Shown piece after piece: positions 13,100 to 26,035 of a DNA stretch of 64,000 nt. The DNA comes from Heptranchias perlo. Its lineage: Eukaryota. Below the pieces are notes generated by a model. The model worked only from the letters and a program-made list of their open reading frames with translations, was not told where the DNA came from and made no database searches. Numbering within the stretch: the stretch's first letter is position 1; each line of letters begins with the position of its first letter. The stretch lies in contig NC_090354.1 of NCBI RefSeq assembly GCF_035084215.1, forward strand, positions 19,034,001-19,098,000, given 5' to 3'. The position numbers and the translations under genes are program-made.

Positions 13100-14460
13100 A
13101 CACCATCGATGAATAAAGAGAAAAGGGTAAAATAGAAACTGAAGAAAAAGGTATACACTAAGTACATCGACAATAAAGGAGGGGATGACAAAAGGGAATA
13201 TGAAGAGGTTGGGAAAGAATTTAAAAAAACAATTAGGAGGGCAAAAGGGAATTACAAAATGAAATTATCAAAGACTATGAAAGAAATAGTAAAGTATTCT
13301 ATAGACACATAAATAACAAAAGGAAAATTAAGATAGGGATAGGGCCATTAACAAGAAAACTCTCAGGTAATGACAGTGAAATAGCAGAAATATTGAATAG
13401 TTACTTTGCCTCAGTTTTTACCAGGGAGACTAACAAGGTGGACATGGCATTAGAAAAAGAAAAAGGATAGCAAGGCATTTAAGATAGATAAGAGGGAGAT
13501 AATTGATAAACAAGACAAACTTTGAGAGGATAAAACCCTGGGTCTGGATGGATTGCATCTAAAAACTAAGGAAGAGATAACAGAGGCACATAAAAATTCA
13601 ATGTAGAGGGGAATAGTGCCAGAGGACTGGCAGGCAACTAATGTTATTTGTATATTCAAAAAGAGAGCCAGAACAAATCCAGGGAACTATAGACCAGTTA
13701 GCTTAATGTTAGTGATAGGAAAGATATTGGAATCTTTACTCAAAGATGTAATACAAAAACATCTAGAAACCGAAAATATAATAAAGAATAGTTAGCACCG
13801 ATTTCAAAAGGGAAGGTCATGCTTGACCAACCTTATTGAATACTTTGAAGAAGTAACAGAAAGAGTAAAAAAGGATAATGCAGTGGATGTCATATTCATA
13901 GACTTTCAAAAGGCCTTCAATAAGGTACCGTACAGTAGAATCATGACTAAGGTCAGAGAGTGTGGAGTCAGGGGGCAAATAGCAGAATGGATAGCAAACT
14001 GGCTACAAAACAGAAAATAGAGAGTAGGGGTTAAAGGTAGTTACTCAGACTGATGGAAGGTGGAAAGCGGGAAGACTGAGAGGTGACCTGATAGAGGTCT
14101 GTAAAGTTATGAAGGGGTTTGATTGAGTAGACATGGAGAAGATGTTTCCACCTGTGGGGGAGTCCAAAACTTGTAGCCATAAATATAAAATAGTCACTAA
14201 AAAATCCAATAAGGAACTCAGGAGAATTCTTTTTTTAAAACTCAGTCTGGTGAGAATGTGGAACTCGCTCCCAAATGGAGTGGTTGAGGCAATCAGCATA
14301 GATGCATTTAAGGGGAAGCTAGATAAGTACACGAGGGAGAAAGGATAGAAGGATATGTTGATAGAGTGAGATGAGGTAAAGAGGCTCATGTGGACCATGA
14401 ACACCGGCATAGACCTGTTGGGTCGAATGGCCTGTTTCTGTACTGTAAAATTCTATGTAA
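13100..14460 (+). mobile_element. Degraded CR1 ORF2 with a large internal deletion
   Basis: NYRPVSL, LTNLIEYFEEVT and DFQKAFNKVP motifs. Jumps at about 14070 straight to RLRGDLIEV and the CR1 3'UTR. Confidence 0.85.
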
Positions 14461-16024
14461 AACTAATGAGCACTCGTCTGCTCACCAATCTCATGTAAGA
14501 AGTGGGCTTCCTAGGACAGCACTGTTGTCAGAGATGAACTCCCAGATTAGGTATAGCATGGGCCGATGCAGAGTTAAATCTCTGACAGCGATGCTGTCCT
14601 AGGAAGGTGGCAGCATGAGCAGAAATCCAGTGGGACATGGATGAGACAGTTGCTCATTAATTTTCTCCAGGTGAAGCATCCTTCCCAGATGTTCAGCTTA
14701 GAACAGATGTGAGCTTTTGAAAGTCCCCACATTATACTTTATGGAGATAGGTAATTGGAGTTGTAATGAAATCAGAAAATTAGATTTGATGAATATTATT
14801 TAAAGACTTTATTTTTATATTTTTATCCAAACATTTGGTGTCAGTAAACCATCAGGCACACTGATATCAGAGCTTAATGTCCACATCACAACAATGCCAC
14901 CACAGCTTCTGTAGATGACCAAGAGCACAAATGTGGGTGTCAACAGTGTGAATGTAACAGGCATTGCACCTACTCTAAAAATCAACCGGTGGAGGGGGGG
15001 GGGGGGGTTCTCCAGGCCTCAGCTGCACTGAACATTTCTTATCATGTTTGATTGATTATATATTTCTCTGTCCCTGCAGTCTCTCCAACAACATTCCACA
15101 TTATAAATTATCAAATACCATGACTGTTTTCTTCAACATTAACATGCCACTCTCAGATATTGCAGCACAGGATAGCTATTAATACCATTAAGAATCTCAC
15201 TATTGCAGTTCCAAGTCATTTCAATAGGCAACTGGTGTGACATTAGGTTAGCAGAAAAAACATGAAACCATGTCTGACACCCAGTCGGGAATGGAAGTAG
15301 ATGGGACACTTTGAGACTACAGATCTCTGCCAAGCAAAGTGGGATACCTTAAGAATACTATCCCAATATCAACTTCCAGTGCCAGTTGACCCTTGAAGGT
15401 AGTAATGGCACAGTAATGTGTTTACATTTATGAAGAATGAAACATTACTTGACATAAGTAGCAAAACTGTTGTTTCCCACACCAAGCAGATTACCAAGTG
15501 TTATTGGGCAGCATCTCAGTTTCCACCCCTACAACATTACAACTCAACCTGGGGCACCAGTTAATAGGAATGTCAGGTACCATTCAGACCAGATGCAGCT
15601 ATCCTTCCTCTGTACTGTTTCTGATGTAATGGTTAGCAATCCACCCTGTTGGCCTCCTCATTTCACTATCAATCCTCTTCATCACACTACAAGCCTTTGC
15701 TCCTCTCATCCCCAGCTGTCTTAACTACCTCCAATCCATGCTTTCACAAATCCCTTCATGTGCAGATATTTTCACAGATAAATTGACAGTTACACTTAAA
15801 TATCACACAGTAAAATAACACTACATCTAAAATTATATTTTTACCTTGGGAGAGGTTGGTGGAAATGTAAAATAAAATTAATATAGATGCATACAATAGG
15901 CTTTTAGCCACCAAGTATACATGGAGTCGGCACAGGTTTTCATCACCACTAAAATGACTGAATTTGGTGAATGAAAACTAGAAACAAAGACAACCAATAA
16001 AGGATTACCGCAACTGGATACAGA

Positions 16025-16175
16025 AACAAAGCAACCAACGAGCCATCAAACCCTGCCACGAACCACCAAATCACCCAAGGAGCCATTCAACCACCCAATG
16101 AGCCATAAAACCAATCAATCCAACCATCCAGCTACCCAACCAACTATCCAATGAGCCATCCAATCACCCACTTCA
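16025..16175. repeat. Degenerate C/A-rich minisatellite
   Basis: Recurrent ccaa(c/t/g)gagccat and caacca units. Confidence 0.5.
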
Positions 16176-17130
16176 CCAGTGAAATTAAAAGAAGTCACAG
16201 CCACCACTGAAACATGCTAAATCCTCTGAAACTGAGTCCAAACCAGCAGCGACCACAGTCCGTGATCACAGTTCATTCCATGTTGAAAGGGCACCATCTT
16301 TAAAAATGAAAGGTTTTGGCAGACCTTTATTTTTCTCATTTATTTAGTCTCACAAACACATACACAATCTGATCTAAACCTCATCAAAACACATCAGCAT
16401 GTCATTGGTGTTTTATGTTATTATGTTGAAAATTACAGGTAGTTCTATTTGCTCTCCAAATAGAAATGGTTTGTCAAAGACTTTTTTTAATGGCAGTATC
16501 TATTGAAAGTTACTGACATTTACTTCATTCATTATTAGATCATAGTGATTTAATTCTTTATTAGAAGCACATATGTTAAACATTTATTACAAATTCCAAC
16601 ATTACATATTCTTGGCATGAGTATTTCAATTAGAATTAAAAGGGTTTCAAACTTCTTAATGTTGATGTTCCAACTATTTAACATCTTTACATTTTCTTCT
16701 AACACTTGTACAAGCTATGAACATTAGAGAGTGTAGAGAGATAATAGCGAAAAGGTCTTTGATGTTTGTCATTAATTACTGCCTTTGAAAACCAACATTG
16801 GGGCTTGTAGAAGAGCTGCTGATAACTGACTCTTTTCAGAGCTAACTTGTTTGTTGTAATTCTTTCTCCATTCTGTAGAGGTGTCCAGCCTGTAGTCCTA
16901 GTACTTTATGGCAGCCCTAGAGCCCTGGCAATTCAGACTCAAACCCCAGGCAACTCAGTCCTATCTGCACTTATACAGTCTACCCCTAATAATCCAAAGT
17001 TCTTTTTTGGCACTAAAAAAAATCTAAATTATCCAGTAACTGAAATTAAATGACTTTGAATTAACAGAGATAGACAATTACTTATTTTGTGAACCTGTAG
17101 GTTAAGAAAGTGGTGTGTTTAGTGTTTGGT

Positions 17131-17270
17131 CTTCCAGTTCTGATGAAGAGTCATCGACCTGAAACATTAACTCTGTTTCTTACTCCACAGATGCTGCCTG
17201 ACTTGCTGAGTATTTCCAGAATTTTCTGTTTTTATTTCAGATTTCCAGCATCTGCAGTATTTTGCTCTTG
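17131..17270 (+). mobile_element. Penelope-like terminal repeat fragment with a minimal hammerhead motif
   Basis: ctgatgaagagtcatcgacctgaaacattaact, then cacagatgctgcctgacttgctgagtatttccag..ttcagatttccagcatctgcagt. Confidence 0.65.
17136..17171 (+). ncRNA. Minimal type I hammerhead ribozyme motif, decayed
   Basis: agtt-CTGATGA-a-gagtc/atc/gacct-GAAA-ca-tt-aact. Stem I is agtt/aact; stem II is imperfect. Confidence 0.5.
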
Positions 17271-17993
17271 ATATGAAATGTGAGCTCATTACAGTCCAAC
17301 ACCATTGCCTCCTTGTTGCAGTATTACATTCCCTCATGTTTACAGTGGCAGTTCTAGTTTTGTCACAGTGTCCAGAATCTTGACAAGGTTGATGCTGGAG
17401 CAGTTACTTTCAAGCATGAGAAAATTAGCTTTAAACCTCCATTACTTCAGTTAGATATGATGACACTAAAGACATATTTTATTTGCTGCCTGGTTAGAAA
17501 ATGAACAAGTTAATGATCGTAAGCTGACTAACTTCCAACTTACAGACAATTCACAGGCCAATTAGGAAAGCTTCCAAACATTGGACTGATAATGTTTTTG
17601 CTTTTAATTGCTTCAGATTGGGACAGTGTAACTTGACAAGTTAGAGAAATCAATGCTTAACCTCCTTGTACACTGTTGTCATTCTTCAGAGTTTTTGACA
17701 TTAATGAGGTTTCTCATGCACATTTAATTATATTTGACAAACAGAGGCTTATTTTCATTGTAGCTCAGTCACCAGCATCTTCACTTGTATTAGATACTCA
17801 CATTGACCTTTCCTTGGCTGCCTGAGCCTTCTGTAACTACTTTTTTTGTATTCAAGAGAGTACATTTTCCTTCCCTGATGAAGACTGAACCATTTTTCAA
17901 GTCTTCCTGATAACATTAAGTCAGCCCAAAATGGAACCTGCTGCTTAAGTGGCTTCTCCCTTTGCTCCATCAGACATGTTTTTTATTTGCATG

Positions 17994-18555
17994 TGACAGA
18001 GTCGGGGCGTGTTGTGTGTGTGTTGGGACAGAGTCAGGGCGTGTTATGTGTGTGTTGGGACAGAGTCGGGGCGTGTTGTGTGTGTGTTGAGAGAGAGTCG
18101 GGGCGTGTTGTGTGTGTGTGTTGAGACAGAGTCGGGGCGTGTTGTGTGTGTGTTGAGACAGAGTCGGGGCGTGTTGTGTGTGTGTGTTGAGACAGAGTCG
18201 GGGCGTGTTGTGTGTGTGTTGGGACAGAGTCGGGGCGTGTTGTGTGTGTGTGTTGAGACAGAGTCGGGGCGTGTTGTGTGTGTGTTGAGACAGAGTCGGG
18301 GCGTGTTGTGTGTGTGTTGAGACAGAGTCGGGGCGTGTTGTGTGTGTGTGTTGAGACAGAGTCGGGGCGTGTTGTGTGTGTGTATTGAGACAGAGTCGGG
18401 GCGTGTTGTGTGTGTGTGTTGAGACAGAGTCGGGGCGTGTTGTGTGTGTGTATTGAGACAGAGTCGGGGCGTGTTGTGTGTGTGTGTTGAGACAGAGTCG
18501 GGGCGTGTTGTGTGTGTGTGTTGAGACAGAGTCGGGGCGTGTTGTGTGTGTGTTG
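17994..18555. repeat. Minisatellite of about 30-34 bp, gacagagtcggggcgtgt(tg)n.., followed by a TG-rich tail to about 18714
   Basis: About 17 near-identical units that differ mainly in TG count. Confidence 0.95.
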
Positions 18556-18809
18556 GTGTTGGTGCGTGTGTGTGTGTTTTAGTTTGTGTTGTGTGTGTGT
18601 GCTGATGTGTGGATGCATTGATGTGTGTGAGTTGGTATGTGTGTTTCAGTTTATGTTGGTGTGTGTGTATTGGTGTGTGGGTGCGTTGATGTGTGTGAGC
18701 TTGTGTGTGTGTGTATCCATTAATATTATTAATGATGAGACCATTGATAAGAAAATGCTGTGATGGGAGAATGAGATCAACTGGTGAATGAACTTTTCGA
18801 AAAGACAGA

Positions 18810-20285
18810 CAAAATGGGAAAGGAGGAGTGGCGTAGCCCTGATAATTAAGACAGTAGTGAGAATGGATCCTGACTCGGAAGATCAGGAAGTAGAATCAGT
18901 ATAGATGGAGATAAGAAATAACCAGGGACAGAAAACACTGGTGGGAGTAGTTTATAGGCTCCCTAACAGTAGCTATACCGTTGGACAGAGTATTAATCAA
19001 GAAATAAGAGGAGCTTGTAACAAAGGTAATGCAATAATCGTGGGGACTTTAATCTTCATATAGACTGGGCAAATCAAATTGGCAAAAGTATTTTGGAGGA
19101 TGAGTTCATGGAATTCATTCAAGGCTAGAACAATTCGTCGTGGAACCAACCAGGGAACAGGATATCTTAGATCTTGTCTTGTGTCATGAGACAGGGTTAA
19201 TTAGTAATCTGGAGAAGAGCGATCATAATATGATAGAATTGCACACTGAGTTTGAGAGTGACGTACTTAAGTACGAAACTAAGGTCTTAAACTTAAACAA
19301 AGCCAATTGCATGGGTATGAGGGGCAAGTTGGCTCAGGATGATTGGGAAATTAGATTCAAAGATATGGCAGTAGGTAAGCAATGGCGAACATTTAAAGAA
19401 ATATTTCGTAATTCTCAATGAATATACATTCCATTGAGGAACAAAAACTCCATGGAAAAGTGGTCCATCTGTGGCTAACTAAAGAAGTTGAGAATAGAAT
19501 TAGGCCAAGAAGAGTAGTAAGCCTGAGGATTAGGAGAGTTTTAGAAACCAGCAAAGGATGAACAAAAAATTGATAAAGAGGGAGAAAATAGAACATGAAG
19601 TAAACTAACAAGAAATATCAAAACGGATTGTAAGAGCTTCTACAAGTATGTAAAAAGGAAGAGCGTAGCAAAAGTAAACATGGGTCCCCTAGAGGCCGAG
19701 ACAGCAGAAATTATAATGGGGAATAAGGAAATGGCAGAGACGGTAAAGAAATATTTTTGTATTTGTCTTCACACTAGAAGACACAAAAAAAAACAGAAAT
19801 AGTGGGGAACCAAGGGTCTAATGGGAGTGAGGAATTAAAGTAATTAATACTAGTAAAGACAAAGTACTGGAGAAATTAATGGGACGAAAAGCCAACAAAT
19901 CCCCTGGACCCGACGGCCTACATCTGAGGATTCTAAAAGAGGTGGCTGAGATAATGGATGCATTAGTTGTGATCTTCCAAAATTCCCTAGATTCTAGACC
20001 GATCCCAGCGGATTGGAAGGTAGCAAATGTAACACTGATATTCAAGAAAGGAGGGAGAGAGAAAACAATAAATTACAGGCCAGTTAGCCTGACATCAGTC
20101 ATCGGGAAAATGCTGGAATCCATTATTAAGGACGTAGTAACAGGGCACTTAGAAAATCATAATATGATTAGGCAGAGTCAACATGGTTTTATGAAAGGTA
20201 AATCGTGTTTGACAAATCTATTAGTGTTTTTTAAGGATGTAACTAGCAGGGTAGATAGAGGGGAACCCAATGGAAGTAGTATTTT
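18810..20285 (+). mobile_element. CR1 ORF2 internal fragment (endonuclease to RT N-terminus)
   Basis: GVVYR.P, GDFN, EPTREQDILDLVL, SDHN, KSPGPDGLH and NYRPVSLTSVIGKMLE motifs, with many stops and frameshifts. Confidence 0.9.
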
Positions 20286-20500
20286 TGTGAACAGTGGTCT
20301 CAGCACTGATCCCTGTGGAACACCACTTTCCACCTTTGCCGGTCTGAGTTGCTACCCTTAACCCTTACTCTCACAGTTTTCTGTTTCGTAGCTGGAAATT
20401 TGGATCAATTTTATCAATTCCCTTAATAATCTTGAAAATGTCAATTAACTCACTTCAAAGTCTCTTTTCAAAGAACACAACTCCAACTTCTTTAACCTAT
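20286..20500 (-). mobile_element. Older opposite-strand CR1 fragment abutting the previous element
   Basis: Reverse complement agtggtgttccacagggatcagtgctgagaccactgttc encodes SGVPQGSVLRPLF. Confidence 0.6.
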
Positions 20501-21324
20501 CAACAAAAATTACTTTATCCAACTTCATGACAAAAAAAATCAGTTTATCTGGAACTGCAAGTTCAATAGTTACTCAAGTTGGTTTGAGAGCTATAATGCA
20601 GATACCACACACACAAAGCAGTTTGATTGCATTGCAGTGCTGTGCTTTATGCTTTGTATTACTGCAGCTAAGTAAATAAATTGCATACTAAATTCAAATT
20701 ATCCAAACCCCTCACTTGATGAAAATTGTCAGCTGAAAAATTACCTTGTCAGTGCTGATCAAGGTTACATCTATTTACTTCTAACTCAACTCCACGTGGA
20801 AATAAAATCAAATATTAGCTTCGGTCCAGGCACTATCGGGCTGCAGGGACCTGTCACCAGCCTTCCTTTCCCTTCCGATACTGAACAATGCACCACAGAT
20901 TGACAGCGTCTTTGACTTTAAAAAAAACAGCCCCTGGAGGTGTTTTATTAACCAATGAAATGATCATTTGTTGTAAAGTTGTTGAAGAATAGAGAGTGGG
21001 AGCAGAAGAACAAAGATAAATCAAAGACTTTCAAGTTAGAATAGGTAGGAACAAGTTTAAAATAGGTAGAATAGAGTATAGTAGGAAAGTAAAAATACAT
21101 TTAAACTAAAAAGGAGAAAGAACGGAGAAGGAAGAGAGAAGAACGGACAATACAGGAACAATGGAGCTAAAGGGCAAGGACAGATAAAGTGGTTGAATTT
21201 CCACTCCGAAGTTACAGTGTATGATTGGGAGAACCCCTGCAGAAAATCAACCCCAAACTGTTCACAATGTATTATTTTATTAAGCTTGTGTTTTAATTGT
21301 TTAATTTAGTAATTGGTTAATGGA

Positions 21325-21766
21325 GAAAGCCTTGACTCAGTGGTAGCACCCTCACCTCTGAGTCAAAGAGTTATGGGTTCAAGTCCCACTCCAGAGATAT
21401 GAGCATGTAATCCAGACTGACATTTCAGTGCAGTGCTGAGGGTGTGTTGCACTGTCGGAGGTGCTGTCTTTTGGTTGAGATGTTGAACTGAGGTCCTGTC
21501 GGCCCTCTCAGATGGACGTAAAAGATCCCATGGCACTATTCAAAATAAAGCAGGAGTGTTCTACAGGTGTCCTAACCAACATTTATCTCTCAACCAACAT
21601 CACCAAAACAGTTTAATTGGCCATTTATCTCATTGCTGTTTGTGGGACCTTGCTATGCGCAAATAGGCTGCTGAGTTTCCCTATGTTGCAACAGTGATTA
21701 CACGTCAAATAAAATATTTCAATGGCCTGAGGTTGTGACAGGTGCTAGATAAATGCAAGTTCTTTT
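21325..21766 (+). mobile_element. Full-length DeuSINE (SacSINE1-like)
   Basis: Pol III box A tgactcagtgg (about 21333) and box B ggttcaagtcc (about 21376), Deu domain, and tail gtgctagataaatgcaagttc. Confidence 0.9.
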
Positions 21767-21994
21767 GTAATATTTGAGGAGCTGTGTTCTTTTCAGTATT
21801 GCAGTGCGTGAGCTGAAAACAAACGAAGCTGGTTGTTCCAAGGAGACAGGAGTTCCCCTGAACCTGCCAGTAATCTAATGGCTAATAGAGCAGTACCCAA
21901 TACATTGAGTGGCAGGGTGACATTGCTGATGACAGACTGCCACAGAAAGGCCATCAACTGATCAAACATGAGCTGTGGAAGCTTCCCCAATTGC

Positions 21995-22325
21995 TTATTG
22001 GGTAAATGCAATGCATGGCACTGTATTGAGCCGCATAGATCACGATTCAATCCCTGAGCTATGCTGAGCTATCCAATCTCAGCTGTGGCACTGCAATTTG
22101 CCTCAGTATCCCTGGGCTAAGAAAAAGAAGAATCAGTCAAGTTTGCATTTGCAATCACTATTCATTCACCTCTGCTGGAAGCTGAACAAGCAAATGCCAG
22201 GTGAAGGCAAGTTTGGGCTCTGCTGTAATACCCCTCCCCCAGAGATAAATACCTCATTTGCATTCACTATCCACATGATGGATGATCACTTGGGATTAGC
22301 TGCTGGACTCATGAGTTATCAACTT
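21995..22325 (+). mobile_element. Old SINE-like dispersed repeat, family unassigned
   Basis: gggtaaatg..tcaatccct..aagaatcag..atcactatt..ctgctgga..ccaggtgaag is collinear with 45135-45500 (+) and about 35900-36170 (-). Confidence 0.55.
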
Positions 22326-23690
22326 CTAGAGAGGATGGGTAAAGGGGGTTGGGGGGGAAGCAAAGTTAATTTGAGCAAAAAAAATTACGTTATCTATGGC
22401 TGACAATTCACCATAACCATGGTAACCTGAACATTTTGGAAACTAGGGTGGCTCAGATGAAAATGAAGGTGAGATTGATGTGAGGATACAATGGACTCTC
22501 TCATTCAGCAGATTTTTTGGCAGATTTTCAGAAAAACTGTGGCGTCCTCCAAGACTGATGATGACCCATATGCCCAAGGAACTGCCCCTGGTGGCTTCCA
22601 ACCTCAGAAGACATGTGCCGAAATCTGCATTCCCTTTTGCTGCATTCACCAACTACAGCAGCCCTCTTCAAGCTTCAAGAAAACGAGTCAAGCATGTCGA
22701 TCACAACCTCCGTAGAGATCCTCAGTATGCTCTAACCATCATAGCTAACACATCATGTCCATACAAATATAGATGTCAAATTCGCAGGAAAAACTTGGCA
22801 ATTATCAATTTTCAATAGTGCAAAAAACAATATCAACAAATTACAAGAAAATATAATCTCTCTGTGAACCTATTTGTCTGGAGGAGCAGGAGGAATTGCA
22901 TTTAATCCAACTCTTATCTGGAAATGTTTGATGTCAATGCTTAGGATAAGCACTAAATTGAATTCTAGATCTGAAGTGTCCAAAATTTATCCACTTCAGG
23001 GTACTTAGAATTTAGTTGCACTTCCCTCTTTGAAGTAATAGAAGAGCAGACGAGCTGAGGAACAGAGTCCCTTTGGACGTGTATTCCGATACTTTTGGGG
23101 TAATTTTATGAATTTGCACGCCTAATATGGAGCCTTGCACACCGGGAATATGTATCGGAATTCGGGGCGCATGCTGCCTATGATTTTCTGACCATCGTTT
23201 TAATCACTAGGAAATTGTGGACAATGCATGCCCGAATTTATGGTGCGAGTTGCTGGGGGATGAGCCTCCCTATCAGGAGCATGGATGAATTTGCCATTGT
23301 TACACAAAAGTGAGAGGTCATTTTACTCACGCGACTCATTATCTTAACATTCAGGTTACCATGGTTATGGTGAATTCTCAGCCATAGATATCGCAACTTT
23401 CTTTTGTTCCTCAAATTAATTTTAATAACTCCTGTGTCCAGCAGCTAATCTCAAGTGATCATTCACGTTGCTTTCCATAGCTGGAGCCACAGCAAGAAAA
23501 TATACTTTTCAAATATCTGTTGAAGGCTTTCCAATTTCTTGGCAGTCGAGAACGAGATGGAGGGATGTATCCATAACCCTTGGCAGTCTTGATATTTCAT
23601 GACATTAGCTGCAATTTTGTGAACACCTGAATGTTAAATGCTTTGAATACAAATGCAGACAGTCACCCCTAACAGGCATAAAGAGATGAA

Positions 23691-24112
23691 AAAGAAAGAA
23701 AAACTTGCATTTATATAGCGCCTTTCATGACCTCTGGACTCCCGAAGCCCTTTACAGCCAATGTAGTACTTTTGAAGTTTAGTCATTGTTGTAATGTAGG
23801 AAACGAGGCAGTCAATTTGTGCACAGCAAGTTCCCACAAACAGAAATGAGATAGTGACCAGATAATCTGTTTTAATGATGTTGGTTGAGGGTAAATATTG
23901 GCCAGGAAACCAGGAAGAACTCCCCTGTTCTTCTTCAAAATAGTGTCATGGGATCTTTTACATCCATCTGAGAGGGCAGACGAGGCCTGGGTTTAACATC
24001 TCATCCGAAAGACAGCACTTCCGACAGTGCAGCCCTCCCTCAGTAATCCATGAAATGTCAGCCAAGATTTTGTGGTCAAGTCTCTGGAGTGGGACTTAAA
24101 CCCAGAATCTTG
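23691..24112 (-). mobile_element. DeuSINE copy
   Basis: acttgcatttatatagcgcc tail, Deu domain and truncated tRNA head. Confidence 0.9.
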
Positions 24113-24611
24113 ATGGAGAGAGAAGTACTTGGCAAGTACTTGGTTAGCAATTGGTGCTAGCACTAGGCATAAAGTGCAGGTATGAGAGTTAATTTTGCAG
24201 GGCTCTGCTGGTGGCATAGAGCTTCAGTGGTTGGGAGCCAAGGTTGGTCATGGAGACACACACGCCCGATGCGCTGTTTGTTATGAGGAAGACGTTTGCC
24301 CAATTTTGGGCCTGAGCATAAGCCTTATTAAAGTTATGTTGTTGACTTCCATGGTAGACCGTGTTTTTCCTGCTGGTGCCTCCGTCGTAGCACGGCTTCA
24401 TCCATATAAAATGAACATGAGTGTTTGGCTCATAAAGCTGTTTTGCCATTTAAATTTTCCATTTTTTTAAACTTTCATCTGTATTTTCCCTGATGTATTA
24501 ATTCCTGTTGCTCTATTTTGCCACATTCAGTGCATTACAAGACATTTAGTTATCACTCCTTTTCCTACCACAGTCATGCTTGCAGGCACAATTTCACTTG
24601 CAGAAAACCAC

Positions 24612-25140
24612 GGTGGAGAAATTCGACTTCCACCTGAAATGGGAACGAAGTCGGCGGTGCAGCTGCCCCAGTTGCCCGTTGGTGCCAGCGTGAGTTTGAA
24701 ACTGAATTAGGCCTCGGGCCTCATTACCAGGCTGCTGGCGAGCCGCAGGTGCCAAAGGGGTGTCCTGCCGCACTTCGTCAGCTTCGGGCGAGGCGATATC
24801 AGGCCGCCTGTAGGAAGGTGGTCTCGGGGGCGGGGGGAACCAATCGTGGGGGGAGGGAGCCTGGATTAGAGGCCTACATTATTTTTGTGAAGCCGCAAGG
24901 AGCATTCCTACTCCTCCTGAGCCCAGAAAAATATTACACTTACCTTCTTTGGGGCCTCTTCCTCTTCACCCCTGGTACAACTAGGCGGAGTGTGCATGGC
25001 GCATGTTCCGCCTATTTGTACCTGAACTTTGCAACCAGGATCCTACAACTGGCACAGAACATCTATTTGCATATTTAAGCTGCCTTATGCCTCTTTCAGG
25101 TAGGTGGGCAGCCACTCCATTTAAAGGCCCATTTGAATAG
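24612..25140. mobile_element. GC-rich MITE-like or Harbinger-terminus-like element
   Basis: Shares the core tcct(g/a)ctcctcctg..ccca..cttacct and tgcatatttaa with 34522-35075. Confidence 0.5.
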
Positions 25141-25208
25141 TGCTTTAATTACAGCTCAAGAATTATATTCACACTCATTCTTCCTCCAGGATCTGCATCT
25201 AAAAGCTA

Positions 25209-25312
25209 AGACAGACCTACCTGGGCATCGAAAAGAAGAACCATCTTCAGCACCTTAACTTCACAAGGGAGGCAGTCACAGAACTATGCATCTCCTCCAG
25301 GCTGATCTACAG
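25209..25312 (+). pseudogene. PIF/Harbinger (HARBI1-like) transposase N-terminal relic
   Basis: Manual translation gives RQTYLGIEKKNHLQHLNFTREAVTELC, a frameshift, then HLLQADLQ. This resembles the recalled YL.LS...CLRRLRF.KE.V.ELC.LL...L motif. Confidence 0.5.
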
Positions 25313-25319
25313 ATAATAC

Positions 25320-26035
25320 AAGATGCTGATGGTGGGAGACTCGGTGATGGTGGTGCCATTGAAGTTCAGGGGGAGATGGCTGAGCTTTCTCTTGTTCAAT
25401 ATGGTTGGTCATTACCTGGCACTTATGTGATGCAAATGTAATCTGCCATTTATCAGTCTGAGCCTAGATGTTATCCAGGTCCTGCTGTCGGCTGGCACGG
25501 ACTGCTTCATTCTCAAAGGAGTTGTGAATGGAGCTGAATGCTATGGAATCATCAGTGAACAGCCATGTATCATGTCTTATGATGAAAGGAAGGTCACTGA
25601 TGAAGCAGCAGTATATGGTTGGGTGCTTCCCTGAGGAAACCCTGCATCAATGTCTGGGGCTGCAATGATTGGTCTCCAGCAACCACGACCATCTTCGTTT
25701 GTGGTAGGTATGACTCCAGCCACTGGAGGGTTTTCACTTTGACCCCACACCACCCCCCCCATGACATCAGTTTTGCTAGTGCTCCTTGGTGCCATATTCA
25801 GTTGAGAGTAGCTACTGTCACATCACCTCTGATATTCAGCTCTTGGGACATCCATGTGGGCCAGTTATCATATGATGGTGGGAACCTTGGGAGGAATCCA
25901 AGTGGTGTCGTCCATTGAGGACCTTTGGCTGAAGATGCTTAAAAACATTTCCTCTTTGTCTCTTGCACTTACGTGCTGGGCTCTGCCTCATGGCTGAGGA
26001 TGGAGTTGTTCACTGAGCCTCCTCTTCCTGTTACT
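25320..26035 (-). mobile_element. Diverged LINE fragment related to the 430-1416 family
   Basis: Reverse complement contains cagcaggacctggataacatctaggctcagactgataaatggcag and ttcaatggcaccaccatcaccgagtctcccaccatc. Confidence 0.75.

Noticed and set aside
17994-18555. Regularly spaced repeats resembling a CRISPR array, and ORFs 18009-18320 and 18034-18618
   Set aside because: The intervening sequences are only (TG)n, not unique spacers. The context is eukaryotic with no cas genes, and the ORFs are translations of the repeat.
21325-21400. tRNA-like box A/box B sequence
   Set aside because: It is the head of a DeuSINE and continues into the SINE body, so it is not a tRNA gene.
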